Notes under the pieces: model-generated
What the model saw: the letters and a program-made list of their open reading frames with translations, nothing else
The model's database searches: none
What the model was told of the DNA's origin: nothing
Made by a program: the position numbers and the translations under genes
Part shown: positions 21,944 through 31,045 of the stretch, piece after piece
Position numbering within the stretch: the first letter of the stretch is position 1
Layout: every line of letters starts with the position of its first letter
NCBI GenBank assembly: GCA_963841735.1
Contig: CAWJDT010000001.1
Span: 704,001-768,000 of the forward strand
Direction: 5' to 3'
DNA length: 64,000 bases
From: an uncultured Actinomycetes bacterium
GTDB lineage: Bacteria; Actinomycetota; Thermoleophilia; RBG-16-64-13

Positions 21944-23968
21944 ATGACCTTGACCCCCGACCACAACACCCCGGAGCACATCCTCCGCACCGTCTTCGGC
22001 TATTCCACCTTTCGGTCGAACCAGCAGCAGGTCATCGAGACCGTGATGCGCGGGGACGACGCTTTCGTACTCATGCCGAGCGGGGGCGGGAAGTCTCTGT
22101 GCTATCAGATCCCGGCCCTGCTGCGGCCGGGCACGGGCATCGTGGTTTCGCCGCTCATCTCGCTGATGAAAGACCAGGTGGACGCTTTGCGGGCCAACGG
22201 GGTCCGGGCAGCGGCGTATAACTCGTCGCTGGAGGCCGGGGTCGCCCAACAGGTATTGGCCGACTTGGCGGCGGGGCGGCTCGATCTGTTGTACGTGTCG
22301 CCGGAACGGGTCACCAGCGACGCCTTTGTCGAGCGGCTGGCCGGGCTGCGGGCGGCTGCGTCTCCGGGCCCGGCTGGGGCCGGGGCCGGCAGACGGTTGG
22401 TCCGTGGCGACTCGCCCGGGTCTGGCATCGCGCTCATCGCTGTTGACGAGGCGCACTGCATCTCGCAGTGGGGGCACGACTTCAGGCCTGAGTACGTGGC
22501 GCTGGGGCGGATGCGGGACCGGTTCCCAGGGGTGCCGCTCGTCGCGCTCACGGCCACGGCCGATCCGCACACCCGGGACGACATCATCGACCAGCTGGGG
22601 CTGCGGCGGGCGGCCTGCTTCATCTCCAGCTTCGATCGGCCCAACATCCGGCTGGAAGTAGTGGAGAAGCACAACCCCTACGCGCAGCTGCAGCGGTTTC
22701 TGGCGGCGCACGGGCACTTTGCGGCGCCGCACGCCGGCGGCGCACGGGGTGTCGGCGCCGGCGATGGTGGCGAGTCGGGCATCATCTATTGCTCCACCCG
22801 TAAGCGCACCGAGCAGGTGGCCGCTCACCTGCGGGAGCACGGCATTGCCGCGGGCGCCTACCACGCGGGGTTGGCGGCGGAGGAGCGCGAGCGGGTCCAG
22901 GAAGAATTCATTTTTGACAGAATCCGGATCGTGGTGGCGACGGTCGCTTTTGGGATGGGCATCGACAAGACCAACGTCCGGTTTGTGGTGCACTGGGACC
23001 TGCCCCAGCATCTGGAGGGCTACTACCAGGAGATCGGGCGGTCGGGCAGGGACGGGTTACCGGCCAACGCGCTCATGCTGTTCGGGTGGGAGGACGTGGT
23101 GCGGGTGCGGGCGCTCATCGACAAGGGCGAGAACGAGCAGCGGGTGGCGGTGGAGCAGCACAAGCTGGGGGCGCTGGTGGGCTTTGCGACAGAGCTGACC
23201 TGTCGGCGGCGGACGCTGTTGGGATATCTGGGTGAGGCGACGGAGTCGGCCTGCGGCAACTGCGACGTGTGTTTGGACCCGCCCGAGTTGTATGACGCCA
23301 CCGAGGATGCGCGGATGGCGCTCTCGTGCGTATACCGGTTGCGGGAGCGGTTTGGCGTAGGCCACGTGGTGGAGGTGCTGCGCGGATCGAAGAACCAGCG
23401 CATCGGGGAGTTGGGCCACGAGCGGCTGAGCACCTACGGTATCGGTGCCCACCTGAGCGCGGAGGCGTGGCGGAGCCTGCTGCGGCAGTTGGTGCACCTG
23501 GGATATCTGAGGCAGGACATGGGCGAATATCCCGTGCTTCAGCTGGCCCCGGCAGCGGCAGCGCTGCTGCGGGGCGAGACGGCGCTGAGTCTGGCGAGGC
23601 CGCGCGTGCGGGTGGTGGCGGCCGGTGGCGAGGACGGCGCGGGGGCGGCGGGCGGCACCGGGCGGGGGGCGAAGCGGCGGCGAGGGTCGGCGACTCGGCT
23701 GGGCGGTGTTGACGGCGACGGCCCGGCGCTAGTTGGGGGCGGCGGCGACCGTGAAGACGCGCTGTTTGAGGAATTGCGGGCGCTGCGCCGGGAGATCGCC
23801 GATCGCGAAGGCGTGCCGGCCTACGTGATCTTCCACGACGCCACGCTGCGGGAGATGGCGGCGGTGCGGCCGCAGACCGCCGACGAACTGCTGGACGTCG
23901 GCGGCGTCGGGGTCAAGAAGTTGGAGAAGTATGGCGAGGAGTTCTTGGCGGTGCTGAGGGCCCCTTGA
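21944..23968 (+). CDS. recQ: ATP-dependent DNA helicase RecQ
   Basis: [35 protein letters not shown], Zn motif CRR..CGNCDVC, RQC and HRDC domains. Confidence 0.96.
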   Translation: MTLTPDHNTPEHILRTVFGYSTFRSNQQQVIETVMRGDDAFVLMPSGGGKSLCYQIPALLRPGTGIVVSPLISLMKDQVDALRANGVRAAAYNSSLEAGVAQQVLADLAAGRLDLLYVSPERVTSDAFVERLAGLRAAASPGPAGAGAGRRLVRGDSPGSGIALIAVDEAHCISQWGHDFRPEYVALGRMRDRFPGVPLVALTATADPHTRDDIIDQLGLRRAACFISSFDRPNIRLEVVEKHNPYAQLQRFLAAHGHFAAPHAGGARGVGAGDGGESGIIYCSTRKRTEQVAAHLREHGIAAGAYHAGLAAEERERVQEEFIFDRIRIVVATVAFGMGIDKTNVRFVVHWDLPQHLEGYYQEIGRSGRDGLPANALMLFGWEDVVRVRALIDKGENEQRVAVEQHKLGALVGFATELTCRRRTLLGYLGEATESACGNCDVCLDPPELYDATEDARMALSCVYRLRERFGVGHVVEVLRGSKNQRIGELGHERLSTYGIGAHLSAEAWRSLLRQLVHLGYLRQDMGEYPVLQLAPAAAALLRGETALSLARPRVRVVAAGGEDGAGAAGGTGRGAKRRRGSATRLGGVDGDGPALVGGGGDREDALFEELRALRREIADREGVPAYVIFHDATLREMAAVRPQTADELLDVGGVGVKKLEKYGEEFLAVLRAP

Positions 23969-24059
23969 GGTGACGATAGCGGCGGGGCGAACATGTCCGC
24001 AGGGCTTCGCCGCCGCGCTGGTATGATGCCGCAACGGATCACTCGCAAGGAGGTGGCAC

Positions 24060-24884
24060 ATGAGCCTGCGAGGGGTACTCAGCAAGGTAGGGCTCGCGGC
24101 AGCCGTTCTGGGCGTCGGAGCCGGCCTGGCCATATTCGCCGCCGGATGCGGCGACGGGCAGGTCAAAGGCGCCGACCCGGCCGACCCGGAGGACGGACAA
24201 GCCATGACGCAACCGCAACTTCCCCCCATAGATGTGGAAGCACCCGGCGAATTTCAGACGGCGACATTCGGATACGGCTGATTCTGGGGCACGGAGGCGC
24301 AGTTTGGCGCCCTCCCAGGAGTCATTCGCACGAGGGTGGGTTACGCGGGCGGAACTTCCACCCACCCCACCTACCACGACCTTGGCGGCAGCGCCGAGAC
24401 GGTGCAGGTTGATTTCGACCCGGCCAAGGTGACCTACCAAGAGCTCGTGGAAGATTTCTTCGTCTTTCACGACGCTACCTATGCCCCGTCGACCGGCCAG
24501 TACAGGTCGGTGATATTCCCAAGCGACGCCGGACAGGAGCAGGTGGCCCGCACGGTAATGGAATCGGTGCAGACGAACTTCGACCGGTCCCTCAACACCC
24601 AGATAGTCTCGGGTGCGACCTTCTACCTGGCTGAGGACTATCACCAGAAGTACGCGCTGCAGAACGATGGGCCCCTGTCCAGGGAGTTCCACGCCATGTA
24701 TCCCGATGTCTGGGCCTTGGTGGATTCGACCGCGGCCACGCGCGTGAACGCCTACCTGTACGGGCAGGGGTCGGCCGAGCAACTGCAGGCCGAGCTGGAG
24801 GGCCTGGGCCTGTCGGAGGCCGGCCAAGAGCACTTGCTCGCCGCCTCGCCGGTGGGCACCTGCGTGGTGGACTTGTCGGACTAA
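24060..24884 (+). CDS. msrA: Selenocysteine-containing peptide methionine sulfoxide reductase A, lipoprotein
   Basis: ORFs 24060-24281 and 24336-24884 share a frame; TGA 24279-24281 replaces the catalytic Cys (G-U-FWG); RVGYAGG, FYLAEDYHQKY; lipobox FAAGC. Confidence 0.88.
24282..24320 (+). promoter_or_regulatory. Putative bacterial SECIS element of msrA
   Basis: Hairpin GGAGGCGC-AGTTTG-GCGCCCTCC; loop begins 19 nt after UGA and has G at position 2. Confidence 0.65.
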
Positions 24885-24904
24885 GCGACTGTAGGAGGCA
24901 GAAG

Positions 24905-25264
24905 GTGAAGATCAAGCGACGTGACGACGCACCTGCGAGTGTCATGTCCGGCTATGCCGGCGTGACCAAGCAGATCGTGCTGGGACCGGCGGACGGTTCG
25001 GACGAGATCGTGCTCCGCTATTTCAGCCTGGCCGAGGGCGGGGCTACTCCCAGGCACGCCCACGCCTTTCCCCATCTGGTGAGGGTGGAGGCAGGCCGCG
25101 GTGCAGCGGTGGACTCCGACGGCAACGACAAGCCGCTGAGCCCGGGCGACTACATCTACGTTCCCCCCGACGAGACGCACAACTTCAAGAATACGGGCGC
25201 GGAAGCGTTTGAGTTCATCTGCATCGTGCCCGTGCGTGGTGAGCCGCCTGCGCTGAACACTTGA
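24905..25264 (+). CDS. Cupin domain protein
   Basis: TPRHAHAFPH, YVPPDETHNFKNTG, FICIVP. Confidence 0.85.
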   Translation: MKIKRRDDAPASVMSGYAGVTKQIVLGPADGSDEIVLRYFSLAEGGATPRHAHAFPHLVRVEAGRGAAVDSDGNDKPLSPGDYIYVPPDETHNFKNTGAEAFEFICIVPVRGEPPALNT

Positions 25265-25288
25265 CACTTTGGCCAGCGCGTCTACTAT
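25261..25288 (+). promoter_or_regulatory. Sigma-70-type promoter
   Basis: TTGACA-N16-TACTAT upstream of ORF 25335. Confidence 0.5.
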
Positions 25289-25334
25289 GGGCTAGCGGGT
25301 GGCTTGCTGTTTCGGAGTCTAAGGGGGGAAGCGA

Positions 25335-25796
25335 ATGCCGTGCCTCGCCTGTGGGGAGGATCTTCCGGAGAATGGCGTGTTGTGCTGGCGGTGTGGGGCT
25401 CGCCTTGGCGAGGCGGCCGAAGCGCCGGCGAATAAGCGGGTGGCCGTCGCCCAATACAAGGAGATTGAGCTCTACTACGGAGGGCCTGAAATCGCGTATC
25501 TGCGTCTGGGCAAAGTCTTCTTGCCCAACTACGAGCGAAAGAAGGCCGAAGCCAAGGCGCGGTCGCGGCAGTATGTCCTAGCGGCTCTCTCGGCTCACCA
25601 AGATGCGGGTTGGGTGGTCCACGGTCAATATCACGAAGCCGTGGACGAAATGTGGACCAAGGCCGCCTTTGGTAGCAGGCCAAGGTTTCGCGGGGCGAAG
25701 GTTCGACTCAACCGCTTGGTACAAGAGATGGAATCTGTGCCTATACGCAAGGCGCGGCAAGCGGTGCAGAAGGAGCCGGTAGGGGGTCACTGCTAG
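25335..25796 (+). CDS. Hypothetical protein with N-terminal zinc ribbon
   Basis: MPCLACG...CWRCG; RBS and promoter upstream. Confidence 0.6.
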   Translation: MPCLACGEDLPENGVLCWRCGARLGEAAEAPANKRVAVAQYKEIELYYGGPEIAYLRLGKVFLPNYERKKAEAKARSRQYVLAALSAHQDAGWVVHGQYHEAVDEMWTKAAFGSRPRFRGAKVRLNRLVQEMESVPIRKARQAVQKEPVGGHC

Positions 25797-26038
25797 CCCA
25801 CCCGCTTGTTCCCGTCCGGAAGAGGGTGATTCCGTATGATGTGGTGGCAGAGTACAGCGGCCTTCTCGGCGAAAGTCGGATAGAACTCGTGACTCTCGAA
25901 ACTCGCCGACGGGGCCGCAAGCGCCGATTCGGCGAGAGCGAGTCTCGCGGTGTAGGCGAGCTCCCCGGCATCCGTGCCCAGCACGGCTTCTGCGACGAGC
26001 AGGAAGTCGGCAAGGTCGAGATACCGGACCCGACTCAT
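25793..26038 (-). pseudogene. Fic/Doc family toxin, truncated just after the catalytic motif
   Basis: LAESALAAP..EFYPT..EKAAVL..HIIRNHPLPDGNKRVG then stop; only 81 aa. Confidence 0.7.
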
Positions 26039-26262
26039 TTGCTGAGCCGCTCCAGAATAGCTCGGTTGCGCTCGATGGAGTCACGGAGGCGCAACTGGAA
26101 GCCGGCGTCGGCGCGGCGCTCCTCGATGTGGCGAACAAGGGCCTCCCTAACCACTTCTGACACCGGCTCTCCTTCGACCTGCGCCAGTGCCTCCAACCGC
26201 TCAGCCGTGTCAATGTCGATTCGTAGAGTCATAGCCCTTCGCTTTGACTGAGGTTCCATCAT
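26035..26262 (-). CDS. Ribbon-helix-helix (CopG-like) antitoxin
   Basis: AMTLRIDIDTAERLEALAQVEGEPVSEVVREAL; ATGA coupling to the Doc-like gene. Confidence 0.75.
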   Translation of the reverse strand: MMEPQSKRRAMTLRIDIDTAERLEALAQVEGEPVSEVVREALVRHIEERRADAGFQLRLRDSIERNRAILERLSK

Positions 26263-26310
26263 TGCCTCCTGCTACCGTGGTGTCACGGTGGCAGGATAGC
26301 AGAGCTCTGG

Positions 26311-26532
26311 CTACGCGTGGAAATCCGATTCCCCGAGCCCGGCGTCCTCTATGATGGCCGCGAGGATCTTCGGATGGATGATGGCGCTGGCGTGACAAGG
26401 AAGGGTGACGCGGCGGCCGAGTTGGTCACGAAGGATCCGGTGGTTACCTCGTTGTCGCACTACCTCGAACCCGTGGCGCTCGAGCACTCGCTGCACCTCC
26501 CTCGCAGTCAGGCGGGGGAGTCGGGGATTCAT
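26311..26532 (-). CDS. hicA: HicA family toxin
   Basis: LERHGFEVVRQRGNHRIL..GRRVTLPCH. Confidence 0.85.
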   Translation of the reverse strand: MNPRLPRLTAREVQRVLERHGFEVVRQRGNHRILRDQLGRRVTLPCHASAIIHPKILAAIIEDAGLGESDFHA

Positions 26533-26750
26533 CCCGGTACTTCGACCGTGATGAGACTGATCGCTTCGACCCGGGGGATCTCCTCGCCGCAGGCCAAGCG
26601 GTCTTCGACATGGAGGCCGGCGGCTTCGCGGAGGTTGTCCAACGCTTCTTCGTAGGTGCGGCCCTGCGTGTAGCAGCCCTGGAGCTCTGGGCAGCGGGCC
26701 CAATAGCCCTCAGCGTCGTGGCCCACGATGGCGGAGAAGTGATACTGCAC
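26529..26750 (-). CDS. hicB: HicB family antitoxin
   Basis: YWARCPELQGCYTQGRTYEEALDNLREA. Confidence 0.85.
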   Translation of the reverse strand: MQYHFSAIVGHDAEGYWARCPELQGCYTQGRTYEEALDNLREAAGLHVEDRLACGEEIPRVEAISLITVEVPG

Positions 26751-26987
26751 CTGTGCCTCCAGGCAGCCGCTCGCGCGAGGGACAAGCATACACCCACTCC
26801 TTTCGGGGCGAAGAAGTCGTGGACAAGGAACCCGTTGGCCTCGGGCCCCATGGCCGGTTGGCCCGGTGGCCACCGAGGCCTCGTCCGGAAGCCTAGCCTG
26901 TCTTCCCGACCAGGGCCCTCGGCCTTTGGTTGGACCTTGGCGCCCCACCCCGGCCCCCGCGCGCCCGTCCGCCCTGTGGAGTAGAGT

Positions 26988-27339
26988 TCACCTTGCTGCA
27001 GCGAGGCGCAACGCGACACGGGACAGCGCAGTTGCGAGGGGGGCGGCGCGTTCGACGTCCGCCTCGTCGTGGGCGCAGTGCAGCTCGATGGCAAAAAGGA
27101 CACGGGCCAGGATTTGCCGATGGATCCCTCTGCCCGGTCCCAGGTTCGCGATGCGGGCCACGCTCTTGGCTCCGTGCTCGCGGTCATGCCCGTCGTGGGT
27201 GCGGTCGATGTCATGCCAGGCGACGGCGTGTACGAGCGGTTCGAACTCGGCGGGCTCCAGGCCGACCGAGCCGGCTATAGCGTGGGCGTGGATAAGCACT
27301 CGCCGGGTGTGCGACAGGCCATGGATGCTGGCTGGGCAC
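26988..27339 (-). pseudogene. HD-domain phosphohydrolase remnant
   Basis: SIHGLSHTRRVL...AWHDIDRTHDGHDREHGAKS...HCAHD; in-frame TAG just upstream of the first His motif. Confidence 0.55.
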
Positions 27340-27453
27340 TATCGGGGTTGGCGGCGCCGAAATCCATCGAAAGGCCGATGTCGCCCCGCGGTCGCACGGA
27401 CTAGGGTTTGCCTCGCTGGCAAAGGGGTGGCGTGATTCAGAAGGAGTTGTGCG

Positions 27454-28053
27454 GTGGCGGATGAGAGTGACCTGGTTCTTCCGGAGCGCATAGAGTCGCG
27501 GATCATTCTCCTGCGTGGGCTGAGGGTACTGCTCGCCGAGGATCTCGCCGCCCTATATGAGGTAGAGGTCAAGGCGCTGAACCAGGCCGTCAGGCGCAAC
27601 GCCGACCGCTTCCCTGCTGACTTCATGTTCCAGTTGACCGGCGAGGAGGTGGCAGCTTTGAGGTCACAGATTGTGACCTCAAACAGCGAGAAGAGCGCGG
27701 CCGCTTTGAAATCACAATCTGTGATTTCAAACGCCGGCGAAGACAGCCCGGGTCCGGGTCGCGGCGGGCGACGGTACTTGCCCTATGCCTTCACCGAACA
27801 AGGCGTTGCCATGCTCTCCAGCGTGTTGAGGAGCCCTCGCGCCATTCTGGTCAACGTGGAGATCATGCGTGCGTTCGTTCACCTACGCCGGATGCTCGGC
27901 TCGAATGCAGACCTTGCCTGGAAGCTTGCCGCTCTGGAGAAGAAGTACGACGGGCAGTTCAAGGTGGTGTTCGACGCGATCCGCGCCTTGATGACTCCGC
28001 CGGATGCAAAGAAGAGACAAGCCGCCGGGTTTGGGCCTTCGGAACAGGGCTAG
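27454..28053 (+). CDS. ORF6N domain DNA-binding protein
   Basis: LAALYEVEVKALNQAVRRNADRFPADFMFQLT, RGGRRYLPYAFTEQGVAMLSSVL. Confidence 0.9.
   Translation: MADESDLVLPERIESRIILLRGLRVLLAEDLAALYEVEVKALNQAVRRNADRFPADFMFQLTGEEVAALRSQIVTSNSEKSAAALKSQSVISNAGEDSPGPGRGGRRYLPYAFTEQGVAMLSSVLRSPRAILVNVEIMRAFVHLRRMLGSNADLAWKLAALEKKYDGQFKVVFDAIRALMTPPDAKKRQAAGFGPSEQG
27657..27731. repeat. Two 27-bp 12-3-12 palindromes at 48-bp period inside ORF6N
   Basis: TTTGAGGTCACA-GAT-TGTGACCTCAAA (27657-27683) and TTTGAAATCACA-ATC-TGTGATTTCAAA (27705-27731). Confidence 0.9.
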
Positions 28054-28087
28054 GCCGAACGACTGCGCTTGAACTGAGTTCGCGTAT

Positions 28088-28435
28088 TTGCTAACCTACC
28101 ACTTGTCGTACTCCGTCGAATACTTCAACCGGCGCGTGCTCGACGAGATCGAGTCATGGCCGGTGGGTATTCTGGCGGATTACGCACGGCTGGTCGGACT
28201 CCTCATCGAGTTCGGCCCCCAACTGCACATGCCGCATTCCCGCGCCATGGGCGGCGGGCTCTACGAGCTCCGCCCCCGCGGGCATGAGGGCAGCGGGCGG
28301 GCGTTGTATTGCTTCAAGGTGGGTCGACGGGTGATCGTCCTGCACAGCTTGGTCAAGAAGTCCCAGGCCACCCCGGGACGCGAACTGGACTTAGCCCGTC
28401 GAAGGATGAAGGAGGTCAAGGATGGCAAGAACTGA
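28088..28435 (+). CDS. RelE/ParE (Gp49/HigB-like) toxin
   Basis: MPHSRAMGGGLYELR..GRALYCF..VLHSLVKKSQATP. Confidence 0.85.
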   Translation: MLTYHLSYSVEYFNRRVLDEIESWPVGILADYARLVGLLIEFGPQLHMPHSRAMGGGLYELRPRGHEGSGRALYCFKVGRRVIVLHSLVKKSQATPGRELDLARRRMKEVKDGKN

Positions 28436-28754
28436 ATACCAGCCAGTCGCTCACGACCATGACGCCTTTCTTGAACGCGCCCTCAAGCGCAAGGGCTTCC
28501 GAGAGGCCTACGACGACCTCAAGGACGAGTACCTGCTCGCGCGCGAGCTCCTGGCCGCCCGCGCCCAGGCGGGTCTGACTCAGGAGCAAGTCGCCGCCTC
28601 CATGGGCACCACCAAGAGCGCCGTCTCGCGGCTCGAAGGAGCCGGCAAGCATTCACCTTCGGTGAGCACGCTCAGGCGCTATGCGCACGCGGTGGGGTGC
28701 GACGTCGAGGTGAGGCTGGTACCTGCCAACAGCGCAGACGCTTCCAAGCGCTAG
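28422..28754 (+). CDS. XRE-family HTH antitoxin
   Basis: GLTQEQVAASMGTTKSAVSRLE..PSVSTLRRYA; overlaps the toxin gene. Confidence 0.88.
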   Translation: MARTEYQPVAHDHDAFLERALKRKGFREAYDDLKDEYLLARELLAARAQAGLTQEQVAASMGTTKSAVSRLEGAGKHSPSVSTLRRYAHAVGCDVEVRLVPANSADASKR

Positions 28755-28855
28755 GGTGCTCTTGAGCTTGACTTCACCGTCGCACCCGATGTGTCGCTGG
28801 TCGTCACCCCTCACCGGTGACAGAGGCGGCGTGCGGGCGAGGGCCCTCTCCAGAC

Positions 28856-29875
28856 CTAGTAGCGCCCCTTACAGTAATCAAACAGCGCAATGTAGGCGGC
28901 GTATTCGGCTTCCGCTGCCTGGTTGTCCGCTTGGAAGTTGGCTTCGGTGGGTTCGGTCACCAGCAGCCGCTCTGCCGCCGCCAGCCGGCGCAAGCCGGCC
29001 AGCCAGGCCCCGTGGAGTCTGCGCAGTTCATCGGAGGGGGGAGCTGTGATGTGCTCCACATCATCCAGAAGGTTCTCGAACTCGTCGGCACACAGGTATT
29101 CCGGTCCCGGGAAAGAGCCATCTGACTTCGCGGTCCACTCCCCGGTGTGTGAGTTGGCCAGCTCGATTATCTCGCCGCGGATGGCGTTGACCCTGATGAA
29201 GTCGTCGATATAGGGTCGGTCGGCCGCTTTCTGCGCTTCCAACGTTCCCATCACGACGACGACCGCGATGATAGCGGCCACCACTGCCAGGCCCGGGAGC
29301 GCTCTCAAGATGACCGGCCGGCCGGCGAGTTTTGCCTCCTGGGCGGTATCGGTTGCCAGGGGTGCGGCGAGGCCTCGCCGGTTCTTGTTGTAGTTGGCCA
29401 GATTGCCGAAGGCATAGGCGAAGGTCGCAGCGAAGGATATGAGGCCGAACCAACCCCATGCCAGGTTGCGCCCCTGGAATTCCCGGAATTTGCCCTTGGC
29501 ACACGTTCGGCACAACCAACCGTTGAAGCTATGGACTCTTCGTGTGAAGACCATGCCCACATTCGCTTGGAAGCTGAACGGCGCGGCCGGCTTGCGCCTG
29601 CATATCTCGCAAGCGAGGGGTGAGGATTCCACGGGGGCAAGCGGCGGCGCCGACTGGTTGGCGCGTGGGGCGGCGCGTGGGGCGGCGCGAGGGGTCGCGA
29701 CTTTGGCGGCGCGCGGGGCGGCGATCTCGGCGGCGACTTCGCCCGCGACTTCGGGCGCGACGGACTGCAGCTCTTGCGGGGGCCCCTCAGCCGGCCGCGA
29801 CTCGTTGCACGAGACGCAGTACCCCTCGGAGTAGTCGTTGCGAAAACCGCACTTGGGGCACGCCCAATATTCCAC
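28856..29875 (-). CDS. Membrane protein with RanBP2-like and second Cys-rich zinc motifs
   Basis: WACPKCGFRN..CVSC, CEIC..CRTC, GWFGLISF TM, second TM; start uncertain. Confidence 0.6.
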   Translation of the reverse strand: MEYWACPKCGFRNDYSEGYCVSCNESRPAEGPPQELQSVAPEVAGEVAAEIAAPRAAKVATPRAAPRAAPRANQSAPPLAPVESSPLACEICRRKPAAPFSFQANVGMVFTRRVHSFNGWLCRTCAKGKFREFQGRNLAWGWFGLISFAATFAYAFGNLANYNKNRRGLAAPLATDTAQEAKLAGRPVILRALPGLAVVAAIIAVVVVMGTLEAQKAADRPYIDDFIRVNAIRGEIIELANSHTGEWTAKSDGSFPGPEYLCADEFENLLDDVEHITAPPSDELRRLHGAWLAGLRRLAAAERLLVTEPTEANFQADNQAAEAEYAAYIALFDYCKGRY

Positions 29876-29965
29876 CAGAACCCCCCCGTCATCTCGTGAT
29901 CGCGCTTGTTGCCGCGCCTGAGTGTACAAGGGCGGAGCGGTAGGCGCCAGATGCTTCTCCCCGCT

Positions 29966-31042
29966 CTAGTCGAGGTCGAACGCCCGCTGGTAGTGCGCAC
30001 TCTTGGAGCGCATGTAGGTATCCAGGCTCTGAAGGGCAGGGTCGTCCTTGATCAGCTCGCGGTGGAGCCCCTCCCACGTGCGAAAGCTGAAGCGATCCTT
30101 GGAATCCGGATGCAGGTAAGAATGAACGCTTTTCTCTGGGCACTCAAACGAGTAGTCCTCCGCTTCGCTGCCCAGAGCCCACTGGGTGCTGCTCACCAGA
30201 TTCACAACGTGCCAATCGCATCCATCGGCCATCTCGGAGGCAAAGACGACGTTCCGGAAGATCTGGCTGTGGAGCGGGTCGGCCACGCTGTCGCGGTGCA
30301 CGCTTCTCTTGGTGCTGTCCCCCGCCTTGTCCAGGTAGCGCCGGAGCAGCTGCTCGCGCTCGGTGGGCTTGTCGCCCGACGGAACCGCATCACCAAGCGC
30401 GGCGACCGGATTACCCGAGCCGAACTTCGCCTCTACGCAGACCACAAGCTGCCCCTCGATGGCCATGATCGCGTCGGGCTCTGTCTTGTAGCCCCTTATG
30501 TCGCCTTCCAAGCGCTCCCGTACTGCATCGAGCGGCCGGAACCGGGTTCGGCCGCCCCTCCTCACATCCACCAATTCGCCCCACAGATAGAGACTGGGCT
30601 CAACGTCAACCTCGCGGCCGGTTAGGAAACGGACGGCCTGCCGCAGCCCGCCTGCTTCCGCGAGACCCACGAGGACGTTCCAGGTGAGCGCGTCTTCGGA
30701 CATCTCGTTGCCCAGCCGGTAGCTTTCCGCCTTTGCAGCGGAGCCCAGTGCTATCTTGCGGGCAAGATCGGCGCGGATGGGGAAGTTCCGCAATCGCGCT
30801 TCCTTCTGCTTGTCGACCCCGTTCCAGTAGACGAAGGTGTTCGAATGGAGCCGTAGACCGTGCGATGGGCAGAAAGGGCGGTTGCCCCTTCCGCGGCGAA
30901 CATCTATCAGTTCGGCTGAACAGTCGGCAACCGGGCAGACCGATGGCCGCTTGGTCTTCAGTCGAGCGGGATCGAAATCGCGGTATCCAAAATGCCGGAA
31001 ACAACTGGAGGCTCCCAGAGGCAGGTCCTCATTGGCCGTCAT
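29966..31042 (-). CDS. Hypothetical protein, PD-(D/E)xK restriction-endonuclease-like
   Basis: SEDALTWNV and TEPDAI...VEAKF motifs; N-terminal Cys/His cluster. Confidence 0.55.
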   Translation of the reverse strand: MTANEDLPLGASSCFRHFGYRDFDPARLKTKRPSVCPVADCSAELIDVRRGRGNRPFCPSHGLRLHSNTFVYWNGVDKQKEARLRNFPIRADLARKIALGSAAKAESYRLGNEMSEDALTWNVLVGLAEAGGLRQAVRFLTGREVDVEPSLYLWGELVDVRRGGRTRFRPLDAVRERLEGDIRGYKTEPDAIMAIEGQLVVCVEAKFGSGNPVAALGDAVPSGDKPTEREQLLRRYLDKAGDSTKRSVHRDSVADPLHSQIFRNVVFASEMADGCDWHVVNLVSSTQWALGSEAEDYSFECPEKSVHSYLHPDSKDRFSFRTWEGLHRELIKDDPALQSLDTYMRSKSAHYQRAFDLD

Positions 31043-31045
31043 CCC

